Shown here: positions 27,510 through 37,200 of the stretch, in pieces | How positions within the stretch are numbered: the first letter of the stretch is position 1 | How the letters are laid out: each line of letters begins with the position of its first letter | Assembly (NCBI GenBank): GCA_044226625.1 | Contig: JBGAGQ010000025.1 | Span: forward strand, 14,531 to 78,530 | Direction: 5' to 3' | Origin: Thermoanaerobaculia bacterium | GTDB lineage: Bacteria > Acidobacteriota > Thermoanaerobaculia > Multivoradales > UBA5704 | Length of the DNA: 64,000 nt | The notes under the pieces: generated by a model | What the model saw: the letters and a program-made list of their open reading frames with translations, nothing else | Told to the model about the DNA's origin: nothing | Database searches by the model: none | Made by a program: the position numbers and the translations under genes

Positions 27510-27583
27510 GGACGGCGGATCTTACTTGGCCGGCCGCAACATCGCGTCGGCCGTAGCGCGCCGACTCCGATCAGACGTTCGTT

Positions 27584-28393
27584 CTAACCCAGCGACAGCT
27601 CTAGGTCTGGCGCCCAGCCGTCGAGCAGCGGCAACGCCGTGCCCTTGCCGACGCCCCCGGCTTCGAGGGTCCGGCGCAGCCCCGCGAGCAGACGTTCGAA
27701 CCGGCTGTAGAGCTGGCGCGCCTCGACGCCGATCTGGCTCGCGATCGCCCGGACGGTGAGCTCCTCCTCGAAGCGCAGCCGGAGAATCCGGCGGTCGTCC
27801 TCGGGCAGCGCGGCGAGCGCGAGCTGGAGCGCCTCGCCCACCCGGGAGGCCGCGCGGTGCCGGTCACGCGCGACGAGCCGTTCCTCGACCCCGCCGTCGC
27901 AAGCGACCTCCTCGACCCGTTCGAGCTGCTCCAGCCGGGGGCGGCGCCGCTGGTTCGGGATGCTCCGGGCGAGCGCCGCGAGGGAGTCGAGGGAGTGGTC
28001 GCCGAGCCCCAGCTCGCGCAGCCGCTCGGCCGCCTCGCGCAGGCTTCTGCCGTCGCGGTGGAGCAGCCGGTCGAGGGCGATCGCGAGCGGGCCGAGCCGC
28101 AGCGCCCGGCGGGAGGGACGCCACTTGCCGTAGCGTTGGATCTGGAAATCGAGGTAGAGCCGTTGCACCACGGTGACCAAGTAGGTCTTAAGGGAGCTTC
28201 GCCCCTCGAAGTCGCGCAGGACCGCCGCGTCGTCCTCGAGAATCTTCAGGAACGCGAATGCTGCGAAGTCCTCGATGCTCTCCGAGTCGAGCCGCCGCTT
28301 CCGGCGCGCAACGCCGTAGATCGTCTTGTGGATCAGCTCGTAGTGCTCCTCGAACATCGCACGTCCGCCGCCTCTCGACTCGATCGCAATCAT
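27584..28393 (-). CDS. Sigma-70 family (ECF-like) sigma factor with inter-domain insertion
   Basis: RBS GGGAGGG; EDFAAFAFLKILEDDAAVLRDFEGRSSLKTYLVTVVQRLYLD..GKWRPS; region 4 LPEDDRRILRLRFEEELTVRAIA. Confidence 0.85.
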   Translation of the reverse strand: MIAIESRGGGRAMFEEHYELIHKTIYGVARRKRRLDSESIEDFAAFAFLKILEDDAAVLRDFEGRSSLKTYLVTVVQRLYLDFQIQRYGKWRPSRRALRLGPLAIALDRLLHRDGRSLREAAERLRELGLGDHSLDSLAALARSIPNQRRRPRLEQLERVEEVACDGGVEERLVARDRHRAASRVGEALQLALAALPEDDRRILRLRFEEELTVRAIASQIGVEARQLYSRFERLLAGLRRTLEAGGVGKGTALPLLDGWAPDLELSLG

Positions 28394-28670
28394 CGAACCC
28401 TCCCGGGTCAAAGCGTCCCCGCCTCCAAGGCGAAACGGGGGGCGTATGGGGCTTTCACCTGGGATCAACGCCCGGCTGGGGCAAAACGAACAGGTTTCGA
28501 ACAAAAAAGATGAAATCCCGTATCTGCTCTTCAGAAGCCGGGTGGATTTCCCGAGGAAGCCGGAGGGGCCCGCCTGGGAGTGGTTGAGATATGCAGAATC
28601 GGCGATTGTTCGGGCGTAGCGAGAGGGCTATCATCGGTCCCCTCATTTAGCGAGACGAGAACCGGCCGCC

Positions 28671-29234
28671 ATGTCATCCCCGATGGACTCGACCCGGGGG
28701 CTCATTCGCCGAGCCCAGAACGGCGACCTGGAAGCGCGCGAAAAGCTCTGGAAGCGGGTCCGCGACCGTCTCCACCGCTTGGCCCACGGGCGGCTGCCAC
28801 GCCACGCCCGCGGTTTGGTCGAGACGGACGATGTGGTCCAGGAGGCTCTGGCCCACACTTTCCGGCGTATCGACTTCTTCGATCCGAAGCACAGCGGGGC
28901 GTTCAACAAGGTCTTGCAGTTGACGGTCGACCGCTGCCTCGTCGACCAGCATCGGCGCGCGAAACGCCGTCCGTCTGCCAACGAAACCGCGACCGATCTG
29001 GTCGCCCAAGAGCCTTCAGCGATCGAAGAGGCGATCAAGAAGGAGACTCTCGAGCAGGTGATGTCGGCGCGCGACCGCCTAAGCCCTGAAGATCAGGCGT
29101 TGCTCCATGCGCGGCTCGACCTCCAGCTGGATTGGAACGAAGTCGCGCTCTTTTGCCGCAAGGCGAGTAGCGACGCCGCCCGGGTAGGGGTCCGGCGGGC
29201 CATCGTTCGCTTGATCAAGCTGATGGTTCCGTGA
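28671..29234 (+). CDS. ECF sigma factor, kinase-associated
   Basis: STRGLIRRAQNGDLEAREKL, LAHGRLP..RGLVETDDVVQEA, LSPEDQALL..DAARVGVRRAIVRL. Stop overlaps the kinase GTG start. Confidence 0.85.
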   Translation: MSSPMDSTRGLIRRAQNGDLEAREKLWKRVRDRLHRLAHGRLPRHARGLVETDDVVQEALAHTFRRIDFFDPKHSGAFNKVLQLTVDRCLVDQHRRAKRRPSANETATDLVAQEPSAIEEAIKKETLEQVMSARDRLSPEDQALLHARLDLQLDWNEVALFCRKASSDAARVGVRRAIVRLIKLMVP

Positions 29235-31660
29235 GCGACGTCGAGGACAATTCGGCTGGGCAACAAGAGGGCGACGAGGACGGGGCGAGCGATCCTCGCT
29301 TCGACGCCCTGATCGACGCGATCGCTGACGGCCAGTCTATCGATTGGCAGGAAGCGGAAGCGACCGCCGCGAACGACGAAGAGCGGGAGCGGATCCGCTC
29401 GCTCGAAGCGATCTCGGAGATCGCCACCTTTCACCGCGCCTGGCTCGCGGAGGCAGGCCTCACGGGCTCTCTCGACGACGACGAAGAGGAACCTGCCGAG
29501 ATCCCGGATCGCTGGGGCGAGCTGGAGATCCTGGAACGGATCGGCCGCGGCTCGTTCGGTGACGTCTACAAAGCGCGCGAGCCACGCCTCGACCGGATCG
29601 TCGCGCTCAAGCTGATCCGCCCTTCGCGGCGAAGGTCGGAACGGGAGGAGGAGACTCTCCGCGAGGGGCGCCTTCTCGCCCGAGTCCGCCATCCGAACGT
29701 GGCCACCGTCCATGGCGCGGCGGGAGCTGAAGGGCGGGTCGGCTTCTGGATGGAATTCCTCGAAGGCAAGAACCTCGCCCAGCTATTCGAAGAGAAGGGC
29801 CGGTTCGAGCCCCGCGAGGCGGCTGAGATCGGAGTCTCCCTCTGCCGCGCGCTGATGGCGGTCCACGGGCAGGGGATCGTCCACCGCGACGTCAAGGCGC
29901 AGAACGTGGTGCGGGAAGAGGATGGGCGGATCGTTCTCACCGACTTCGGTGTCGGTCGCGACGTGCGGCTCGACGGAGAGGAGACGTCGCTCTCCGGAAC
30001 GCCCCTCTACCTCGCCCCCGAGCTATTCGAAGGCGAAGCCCCATCGCCGGCTTCCGATCTCTACGCCCTCGGCGTACTGCTGTTCTACCTCGTGACGGGT
30101 GAGTTCCCGATCTCGGGAGGCAGCCTCGACGAACTGCGCGCCGCGCATCGCGAGAGGGAGCGACGCTGGCTCAAAGAGGTGAGAAAAGACCTGCCCGGCA
30201 CCTTCGTCGCCGCGGTCGAGCGGGCGCTCGATCGAGATCCGAAGAAACGGGGGGACGAGACGCAGCTCGAGCGAGAGCTGGGGCGGTTTCTTGGCGAACG
30301 GCAGGAACGGAAGCGGAAAATACGACGGTCCCTTCTCGTAGTCGCGATTCTTGCGCTAATTGCCTTAGCGGCAGTGTGGATCCTTCGAGCGCGTGACCGA
30401 CGAGAGCTGGCCATCGCGATGGAGGCTTTGAAACAGGCAGATGAGTTTGCCCGTGAAGGTAGGATGCAAGAGGCAATTCCATACCTGGAAACCGCAAGAC
30501 GCCATTATCCGAAGCTTCCCGGGATCTATTGGCGATGGATGTCCTTTCAATCGGCCGATGGAAACTACACGAGTGCGTTCGAAGCCGCCGAGGTATCGGA
30601 GCCGCTGTGTAGGAACTCACCCTCGCGAGATTGCCACCTGGTTCGTGCCTGGAAAGCCGTCCTGTTTCTGGATTACCGAGAAGCAATACGAGAATTCCGA
30701 GCCGTTGGCGACATCCGAGGGGACGATGAAGTCAAGAAGCAAATTGCCTTCGCGCTGTTGAACCTAGGGTCCCCGGACCAGGCGATGCGCTATGCTGAGG
30801 AGATCCAGAACTCGGAGGGGGAGACCGAAGCCAGTTTATTTGCCACCGTGCTTTCAGCTGCGGGTCAAGGTCAGAAGGCCCTCGCGCTCCTTCCCGATTT
30901 GAAGCGACGATTTTCGCCAGATCCCAATGTCTTCTGGCTTGAAGGAACGATCCTCATGGCGATGGGTAATGTGACCGGCGCTGAGAGGGTTTTCAGCGAC
31001 ATGGCTTCGCGGCCTCTCGATCCTGGAGATTCGAGCACGGCAAATATTCTTTTGGCGAAGTCGCTGATGTACCAGTTGAAGTACCGAGAAGCGCTGACGG
31101 CGCTGATTGCTTCTTCGAATGTCGACAATCAGGAGTCCTTTACTCGAAATGCCGCCGTTCGCTCGATTCTGATCGCCAGATGTTTGGTTCGCTTGAGAAG
31201 ACCGGATGATGCATCGGAAAAGCTCTCTCAAATTTTGCAATGGCCTCATCTGCCGACGAATCTGAAAATCTTCCGAAATGCCGCGATGGTCAGCCTCGAA
31301 GCGGGAAACATAGCGCTCGCGACGAGGTTCGCCGGAATCGTTCGAGGTCTGGCGCAAGACTATGAAAGCGACCTCAGCACGAGCTTCGATCGGCAGCTCC
31401 AGGGGGAGCTGGCTCTCCGCCGAGGGGAGGTCCATCTCGCCATGGATGCGAGTCAAGATGCAATGGATCTTCGGGGCGACCCTCAGATTGCCCTCTCGCG
31501 GGCGCGAGTCCTGAAGGCTGAGAATCGATGCGATTCGGCGAGAGACGTTTTGCAAGGAAGAGTGCTTGAGAAAAGGGGGCTCATCGTGGAAGATTTCTAT
31601 ACCTCCTGGACGATCTACAACGACGCACTCGAGCTCATGGCGAAGTGCTCGGCGAACTGA
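29231..31660 (+). CDS. Ser/Thr protein kinase (Hanks type) with TM and TPR-like C-terminal domain
   Basis: IGRGSFGDVY, VALK, HRDVKAQN, LTDFG, GTPLYLAPE, SDLYALG; TM LLVVAILALIALAAVWIL; helical repeats C-terminal. Confidence 0.93.
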   Translation: MSDVEDNSAGQQEGDEDGASDPRFDALIDAIADGQSIDWQEAEATAANDEERERIRSLEAISEIATFHRAWLAEAGLTGSLDDDEEEPAEIPDRWGELEILERIGRGSFGDVYKAREPRLDRIVALKLIRPSRRRSEREEETLREGRLLARVRHPNVATVHGAAGAEGRVGFWMEFLEGKNLAQLFEEKGRFEPREAAEIGVSLCRALMAVHGQGIVHRDVKAQNVVREEDGRIVLTDFGVGRDVRLDGEETSLSGTPLYLAPELFEGEAPSPASDLYALGVLLFYLVTGEFPISGGSLDELRAAHRERERRWLKEVRKDLPGTFVAAVERALDRDPKKRGDETQLERELGRFLGERQERKRKIRRSLLVVAILALIALAAVWILRARDRRELAIAMEALKQADEFAREGRMQEAIPYLETARRHYPKLPGIYWRWMSFQSADGNYTSAFEAAEVSEPLCRNSPSRDCHLVRAWKAVLFLDYREAIREFRAVGDIRGDDEVKKQIAFALLNLGSPDQAMRYAEEIQNSEGETEASLFATVLSAAGQGQKALALLPDLKRRFSPDPNVFWLEGTILMAMGNVTGAERVFSDMASRPLDPGDSSTANILLAKSLMYQLKYREALTALIASSNVDNQESFTRNAAVRSILIARCLVRLRRPDDASEKLSQILQWPHLPTNLKIFRNAAMVSLEAGNIALATRFAGIVRGLAQDYESDLSTSFDRQLQGELALRRGEVHLAMDASQDAMDLRGDPQIALSRARVLKAENRCDSARDVLQGRVLEKRGLIVEDFYTSWTIYNDALELMAKCSAN

Positions 31661-31801
31661 GGATCCCGCCAAGCCGTCCCAAGTCCCCCAGTCCGCTTCG
31701 CCCACCTTTTTTCTCCTCCCTCCCGGAAAAATTCATCCACCCCCGTCTCTCCAGATAGAACCGGCGGCGCTCAAGCCTGCCGAACTCTTCTGGAGGACAT
31801 C

Positions 31802-32647
31802 ATGAAAGGTCTCTGGGGTGCGCTGGGGTACCTGTTGCTGAACGAGGACTACCACCGGGAATGCTGGGAATTGGCGGCGGGGCGACGGAGCTTCGAGGAG
31901 CTCAAGGATCTGCGGGCGAAGCTGATGGGGGACGGCATTCCCCTGAGCCGCTACGAGATCATGGTGCTCCACGAGATGATCACCCGCACGCGGTTCGACG
32001 ACTTCTCGGGACCCGTCCTCGAGGTGGACGATCCGAATACCGACGAGAAGTTCGCGGCCGTGAGGCGCCTCTGGCCCTCCGGCGGTACGAAGGCGGTCAC
32101 CGCTCACGATTTCCAGATGTGCTGCGCCGTGGGTCTGGCCGCCGTCGACACCCGGTTCCGCGACGTGCTGATCGAAGCGAGCGATCCGTACGACGAGTTC
32201 TCCGGCTCCCGGCGCGTGCGCGACTTGCTCGAAAACCGGCCGACCGAATGGCCCGTCTTCAGCCTGTCGAACGAGGGGCAGCTACGCGAGCTCAACCGTT
32301 TCTTCGGCGCGATGAAGGAGATGGTGCTGAACCCGCTCGAATCGTTCCACGAGATGACCTGGGTCCAGCCGCGTTTCGAGCCTTGCCCGCTCGGCGTGAG
32401 CTTCGACCCGAACGCCCGCTACGGCCACCTGTCGCATTCCGCCTATGAGCGGCTGCGCTGGGATCCGGCCGGACCGGGCGCCTGGGGCAGCCTGCTCGGC
32501 CAGATGCGCGAAACGGGGCTTCTGATCCAAGGTACTCCCTCGTCCCTTTCCGGCGGTTTGAAAGCCCTCCCCCCGGCGCGCGAACAGTTCGCCTTTCCGT
32601 TGCCCAGCACGCCGGTACTCGAGCTGCTGCCGGTCGTCGTTCACTGA
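31802..32647 (+). CDS. Hypothetical protein with two NHLP/Nif11-leader-like repeats
   Basis: RBS GGAGG, ATG 31802. Internal repeat GALGYLLLNEDYHRE..IPLSRYEI versus AVGLAAVDTRFRDVL..FSLSNEGQL. The CDS is well supported; the family call is tentative. Confidence 0.7.
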   Translation: MKGLWGALGYLLLNEDYHRECWELAAGRRSFEELKDLRAKLMGDGIPLSRYEIMVLHEMITRTRFDDFSGPVLEVDDPNTDEKFAAVRRLWPSGGTKAVTAHDFQMCCAVGLAAVDTRFRDVLIEASDPYDEFSGSRRVRDLLENRPTEWPVFSLSNEGQLRELNRFFGAMKEMVLNPLESFHEMTWVQPRFEPCPLGVSFDPNARYGHLSHSAYERLRWDPAGPGAWGSLLGQMRETGLLIQGTPSSLSGGLKALPPAREQFAFPLPSTPVLELLPVVVH

Positions 32648-32792
32648 AGGTCTCGATCTCGTTCAGATTCTGCATCCCGCCCTCTTACCGGCCCGCGGAA
32701 ACGCGGGAACCGGGGGAGGGCGGCCGTCCTATTGATCGCGCCGATAGGATCCTTCCTTCGCCTGGACGTGCATCGATCCTCAGGAGATCCAC

Positions 32793-33281
32793 GTGACCGA
32801 ACCTGCCGCCGACATCCGCTGGCCCGCCGCCTTCGACCTCGCGACCCGTCCGGTGCGCGTCCACAACCAGCTCGCGATGGACGTTCCCGCCGCACAGGTC
32901 TGGGCCTGGCTGATCCGCGCTCCTCTCTGGCCGATCTGGTATCCGAACTCGCACGACGTCCGAATCGTCTCGGGCGACCCGAACGAGCTCGCGCCCGGGA
33001 GCCGGTTCCGCTGGAAGACCTTCGGCGTCGGCATCCGTTCCGAAGTGAAGGAATTCGAACGCGAGAGCCAAATCGGCTGGGACGCCCACGGCCTCGGCGT
33101 CTACGCCTTCCACGCCTGGCTGATCCGCGAGACCCCCACCGGCTGCCACGTCTTCACCGAAGAACGCCAACACGGCTGGGCCGCGAGGGCGCAGGCGATT
33201 CTGATGCCGCAACGCATGTCCACCGGCCATCAGATGTGGCTCGAACGTCTGCGGAACTGCGCGGGTGGGGGTATGCCGTAG
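32793..33281 (+). CDS. SRPBCC (START-like / polyketide cyclase) family protein
   Basis: VHNQLAMDVPAAQVWAWLIRAPLWPIWY..GSRFRWKTFG..AFHAWLI..TEERQHG. RBS AGGAG. Confidence 0.85.
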   Translation: MTEPAADIRWPAAFDLATRPVRVHNQLAMDVPAAQVWAWLIRAPLWPIWYPNSHDVRIVSGDPNELAPGSRFRWKTFGVGIRSEVKEFERESQIGWDAHGLGVYAFHAWLIRETPTGCHVFTEERQHGWAARAQAILMPQRMSTGHQMWLERLRNCAGGGMP

Positions 33282-33302
33282 GGCTGCTGCGCCAGAGCTC
33301 GG

Positions 33303-34097
33303 CTAAGCGAGGTTCAGTGAAACCGCCTCCAACTCCGGCCGCTTCGCCGTTCGCCCATCTCCGGAGGATCGTCCCCAGAGGTGCCGCCAGGCCCACGGAA
33401 GGAGATGCCGGCCGCCCCAGGATACCTCGGCGGCAATTCTTCGGCCGATCCCTGGCGCTGGGCGCTCGGGCAGAGGATCTCCCCATGAGCTGTCGGTTCC
33501 CGGCAATCCCAGCGCGTGGGCGAGGCCTGCGGCGATCCGCTCGTGGCCGAGGGAGTTGGCGTGGAGGCGGTCGTCGCTCCAGAGGCGCGAATCGGACGAG
33601 ACCGGGTGAGCGGCGAAGTCGACGACGATCGCCCCGGTCCGCGCCGAAACCTCGCGGAGCGCCTCGTTGAGCGCGAGCACGCGCGGTGCGAGGCGGCGAG
33701 CGAGCGGCAGCACGGGGCCGAGGTCGGGAAGGGTGAAGGTGAGGAGGGTGGCGCCTCCGTCGATCAACGTCCGCTGCATCCGCTCGAGATCTCGCGTTAC
33801 CCCGTCGATATCGAAGTGCCGGGTGATCACGTCGTTGGTGCCGGCGAAGAGCGTCGCGAGGTCCGGCCGCATCGCCGCGGCCCGGTCGAGCTGCCCTTCG
33901 AGGATCTGCCGCGTCTTCCTGCCTCGGATACCGAGGTTCGCGTAGAGGAGAGATCCCTGCGCGGCCGCCACGTGCTCCGCGAGGCGATTCGCCCAGCCGC
34001 GAAAGCCGCCCCGGCCGTCCGGATCGATGAGCCCTTCGGTGGAGCTGTCGCCGATCGCGACGTATCTCTCGAAGCGGCGGGGGAGGGAAGCGCTCAT
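33303..34097 (-). CDS. SGNH/GDSL hydrolase
   Basis: YVAIGDSSTEG, YANLGIRG, AGTND, DRLHANSLGH. Confidence 0.92.
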   Translation of the reverse strand: MSASLPRRFERYVAIGDSSTEGLIDPDGRGGFRGWANRLAEHVAAAQGSLLYANLGIRGRKTRQILEGQLDRAAAMRPDLATLFAGTNDVITRHFDIDGVTRDLERMQRTLIDGGATLLTFTLPDLGPVLPLARRLAPRVLALNEALREVSARTGAIVVDFAAHPVSSDSRLWSDDRLHANSLGHERIAAGLAHALGLPGTDSSWGDPLPERPAPGIGRRIAAEVSWGGRHLLPWAWRHLWGRSSGDGRTAKRPELEAVSLNLA

Positions 34098-34293
34098 CGG
34101 GCGCAGAGGATACCGCGCCGCGCAGGTGCGGTTCAGGTAACCGGCAGGCGCTCGATCGCCGCCTCCCGGCCTCTGCTATCCTGCTGGCCAGCTCTTGCAA
34201 CTCTACAAAGGAACCGCTTCCATCGAAGGGCGGCGGTTCGTCGGCTGCATCCCCTTCCTCCGAACGCCCCGATCAACGCTCAAGGAGACGCCC

Positions 34294-37200
34294 ATGGCCC
34301 CGATGCGCCGTCGTTCGACCTCGTGGATCCGGATCGCTCTCTTCGCCGCCGCGCTCTGCGCGTTCGGAGACCTCGCCGGGGCGCAGTGCCCCGCGGCGGC
34401 ACCTCCTCCGAACTGCCAGCCGATCACCGCGCATCAGGTGCCGCCGCGACTGCCGGGCGGCGGGGGAGGAAACCCGCCCGACGTCGTGATCAGCGATTGC
34501 CGGACGGTGCCGCCGGGGACCTATTCCTACGGCTTCGTCAACGTGGTCTCCGGGGGGACGCTGTACTTCGCCGACGCCGCGGGTGGGACGAGTCTGTACG
34601 CGAAGTCGATCCTCGTGCAGCAGGGAGGCTCGGTCCGCGCGGGCGCCTGGTGCCAGCCGTTCGGCAGCGGCGGAGGCAGGCTCACGATCGGCTTGTGGGG
34701 AGGCGATCCGTCGAATCAGGCGAAGACGAACGCGGCCGATCAGGGGATCGCTTGCAAAGACGCAGCAGGGCGGCCGGCGCCCTGCTATCCGCAGGATCGC
34801 GTGGGGAAGTTCTGCACCGGTGGCGACCTCACCGATCCGTGCTCGTCGGCGGGCCCGGGAGCTTCCGGCGCGAACGCGCGGTTCGAGGGTTACGACAAGG
34901 CTTCGCAGAATCCGAACGTGAGCCTGAAGCTTCATTTCGACGGCAACGATTTCGGCTTCAAGGCGTTCGCGGTCTCCTACGGTGGGAGCGTCGAGCTGTT
35001 CGGCAAGAAGGGCGTCGCCGACGCTTTCCGTACCGATCCGAACGCGCAGAAAGGGCAGCCGCGGATGTGCGCGATCCCGCCGGCGGGGCAGCAGTTCAAT
35101 CCCCAGGCCTGGGCTAACCAGAGCGGCACGAGCTGGGCGCGGTTGAACGCGAGCGTCGCGCCAAATGCCGGGCAGCTCACGCTCGACCGGCCGGTCGATT
35201 GGAGCCAGGGCGATCAGGTCGTGCTCACGACGACCGATTGGCACGCGAGCCATAGCGAGCTATTGACTCTCAAGTCGGTGGCCGGAGCGCAGCTCAACCT
35301 CGCCGACGGCATGAAGACCCAGGCCGCCCACCAGGGGCAGATTTTCACGATCGATTCGAACGCGCTCAGCCACGACCCGGGCCACGCCAACAAATCGGCC
35401 GACGTGCGCGCGGCCGTGGGGCTTCTTTCGCGCAGCATCACCATCCGTTCGATGGGAGCGGCGTTCGACGCCGGGAAGGGCGTCCCCGTGGACTTCCCGC
35501 CCGCTGCGCAATGCGCGACCGACAAGCCGGAATGCTATTTCGGCGGGCACGTCGTGGTGCGCCAGGGGTTCGGCCGTTTCCAGCTCCAAGGGGTCGAGCT
35601 CTACCAGCTTGGCCAGGGGGGGCGGATGGGGCACTATCCGGTCCACTTCCACCTCGACAAGGACACGTCGTACACCAACGCGTTCGTCAAGGACAGCTCG
35701 ATCTGGGATTCGAGCACGCGCTTCGTCGTGCTTCACGCCACCCACGGCGTCGAGATCGCGCGCAACGTCGGCTACCTCTCGGTCGGCCACGCGTACTACC
35801 TCGAAGACGGCTCGGAGATCGGCAACGCCTTCTGCTACAACCTGGGCGTCACGGCGCGCGCGCCGTTTCCCGAGTACTTTCAGGCGCAGGAGGCGAACAG
35901 CCCGACGCGCCGCTTCGTGCCGCCGATCTTGAACGAGGTGGGTGCGATCCGCGGCCCATCGAACTTCGGCCCCGGCTCGAAGTGCCGGCTCGAAAACCTC
36001 GACGCCAAGACCACGGTCTGCCGCTGGAAAGGGCCGGCGTGGGGCGACGACAGCTTCTGCCAGAAACAGGGAGAGACCGGCTGCTTCGAGGCGACGCGCT
36101 TCGCCTACGACCGGCCGACGATCGGCAGCGACGCCACCACCCCGGCGATGTTCTGGATCATGAACGCCGACAACGATTTCGTCGGCAACCTCGCGGTGGG
36201 CGTTCAGGGCGTGGGCACCTGCTACTGGCCGCTCCATTCGAGCGTGAGCGGTCCGAGCCGGTTCCTCTCCTGGGCGAGCGACGGGGAGAGCTACGCCAAC
36301 TTCAACAACGTGACGCGAGTGGCTCCCATGCGCCGGTTTCGCGGCAACGGCTGCTCGACCGCGGCTTACGCGATCATGATGGAGCGCGGCGCGGGCTTCC
36401 CCGACTCGTCCCGCCTTCCGGGCGAAGCGGGGCTCAATCCGGTGCGAAATCCCTACGGCGGACCGGACGCCGCGCCGCTGCCGGCCACCCACGACCGCTG
36501 GACGATCCACGACGAGCTTCTGCCGCGCGTGACCGCGAACTTCCAGGCGACCCGGAAGGGCTCCGGCAACTGCGTGCCGAGCATGAAGGCGGGGGATCAG
36601 AACGCTTGCGCCACCACGGTGATCGATCACTTCACGACCTCGTTCAACTGGGCGGAGGTCAACGTCGGTTCGATCTGGCTGCGGCCGTTCCATTACCTCT
36701 TCTCGAACGGCGCCGTCACCGACCAGCTGTACGGCGGTCTCGGCTTCGTCTCCGGCGGCAGCCCCGAGCAGGCGCTCCCCGGTCAGCTCGCGATCTCGAT
36801 GGACAGCCTGTTCGCGGGCTCCACGGCCGCCGCCGGCTCGAAGGACGCTTCGTCACTCGGCCCCGATATCTCCGGCGCGTCCGGCGCGCGATGCACGGGG
36901 AGCTTCTGCTCGTTCCCGAAGGACGGCGTCCCGTTCTTCGTCGGCAGCTTCCAGCCGAAGCGCCTGATGACGATCTACGACGGTCCGTTCTTCGCCGACG
37001 GGAGCGTCTTCTGGGTCGACGAAAAGAAGGGAAATCCGTCCGCTTCGAGCGTCTACTTACGCACGACGCAGCCGTTCGAAAACGGCCAGATGCGCGTGGT
37101 CGACGCGGGCGTCGGCTGGAAGCAGCCGAACGGTTTCTATTACCCGCCGGTGTTCGGCTTCCGCAACAGCGGCTTCCGGCTCGGTACGACGCGCCACAAC

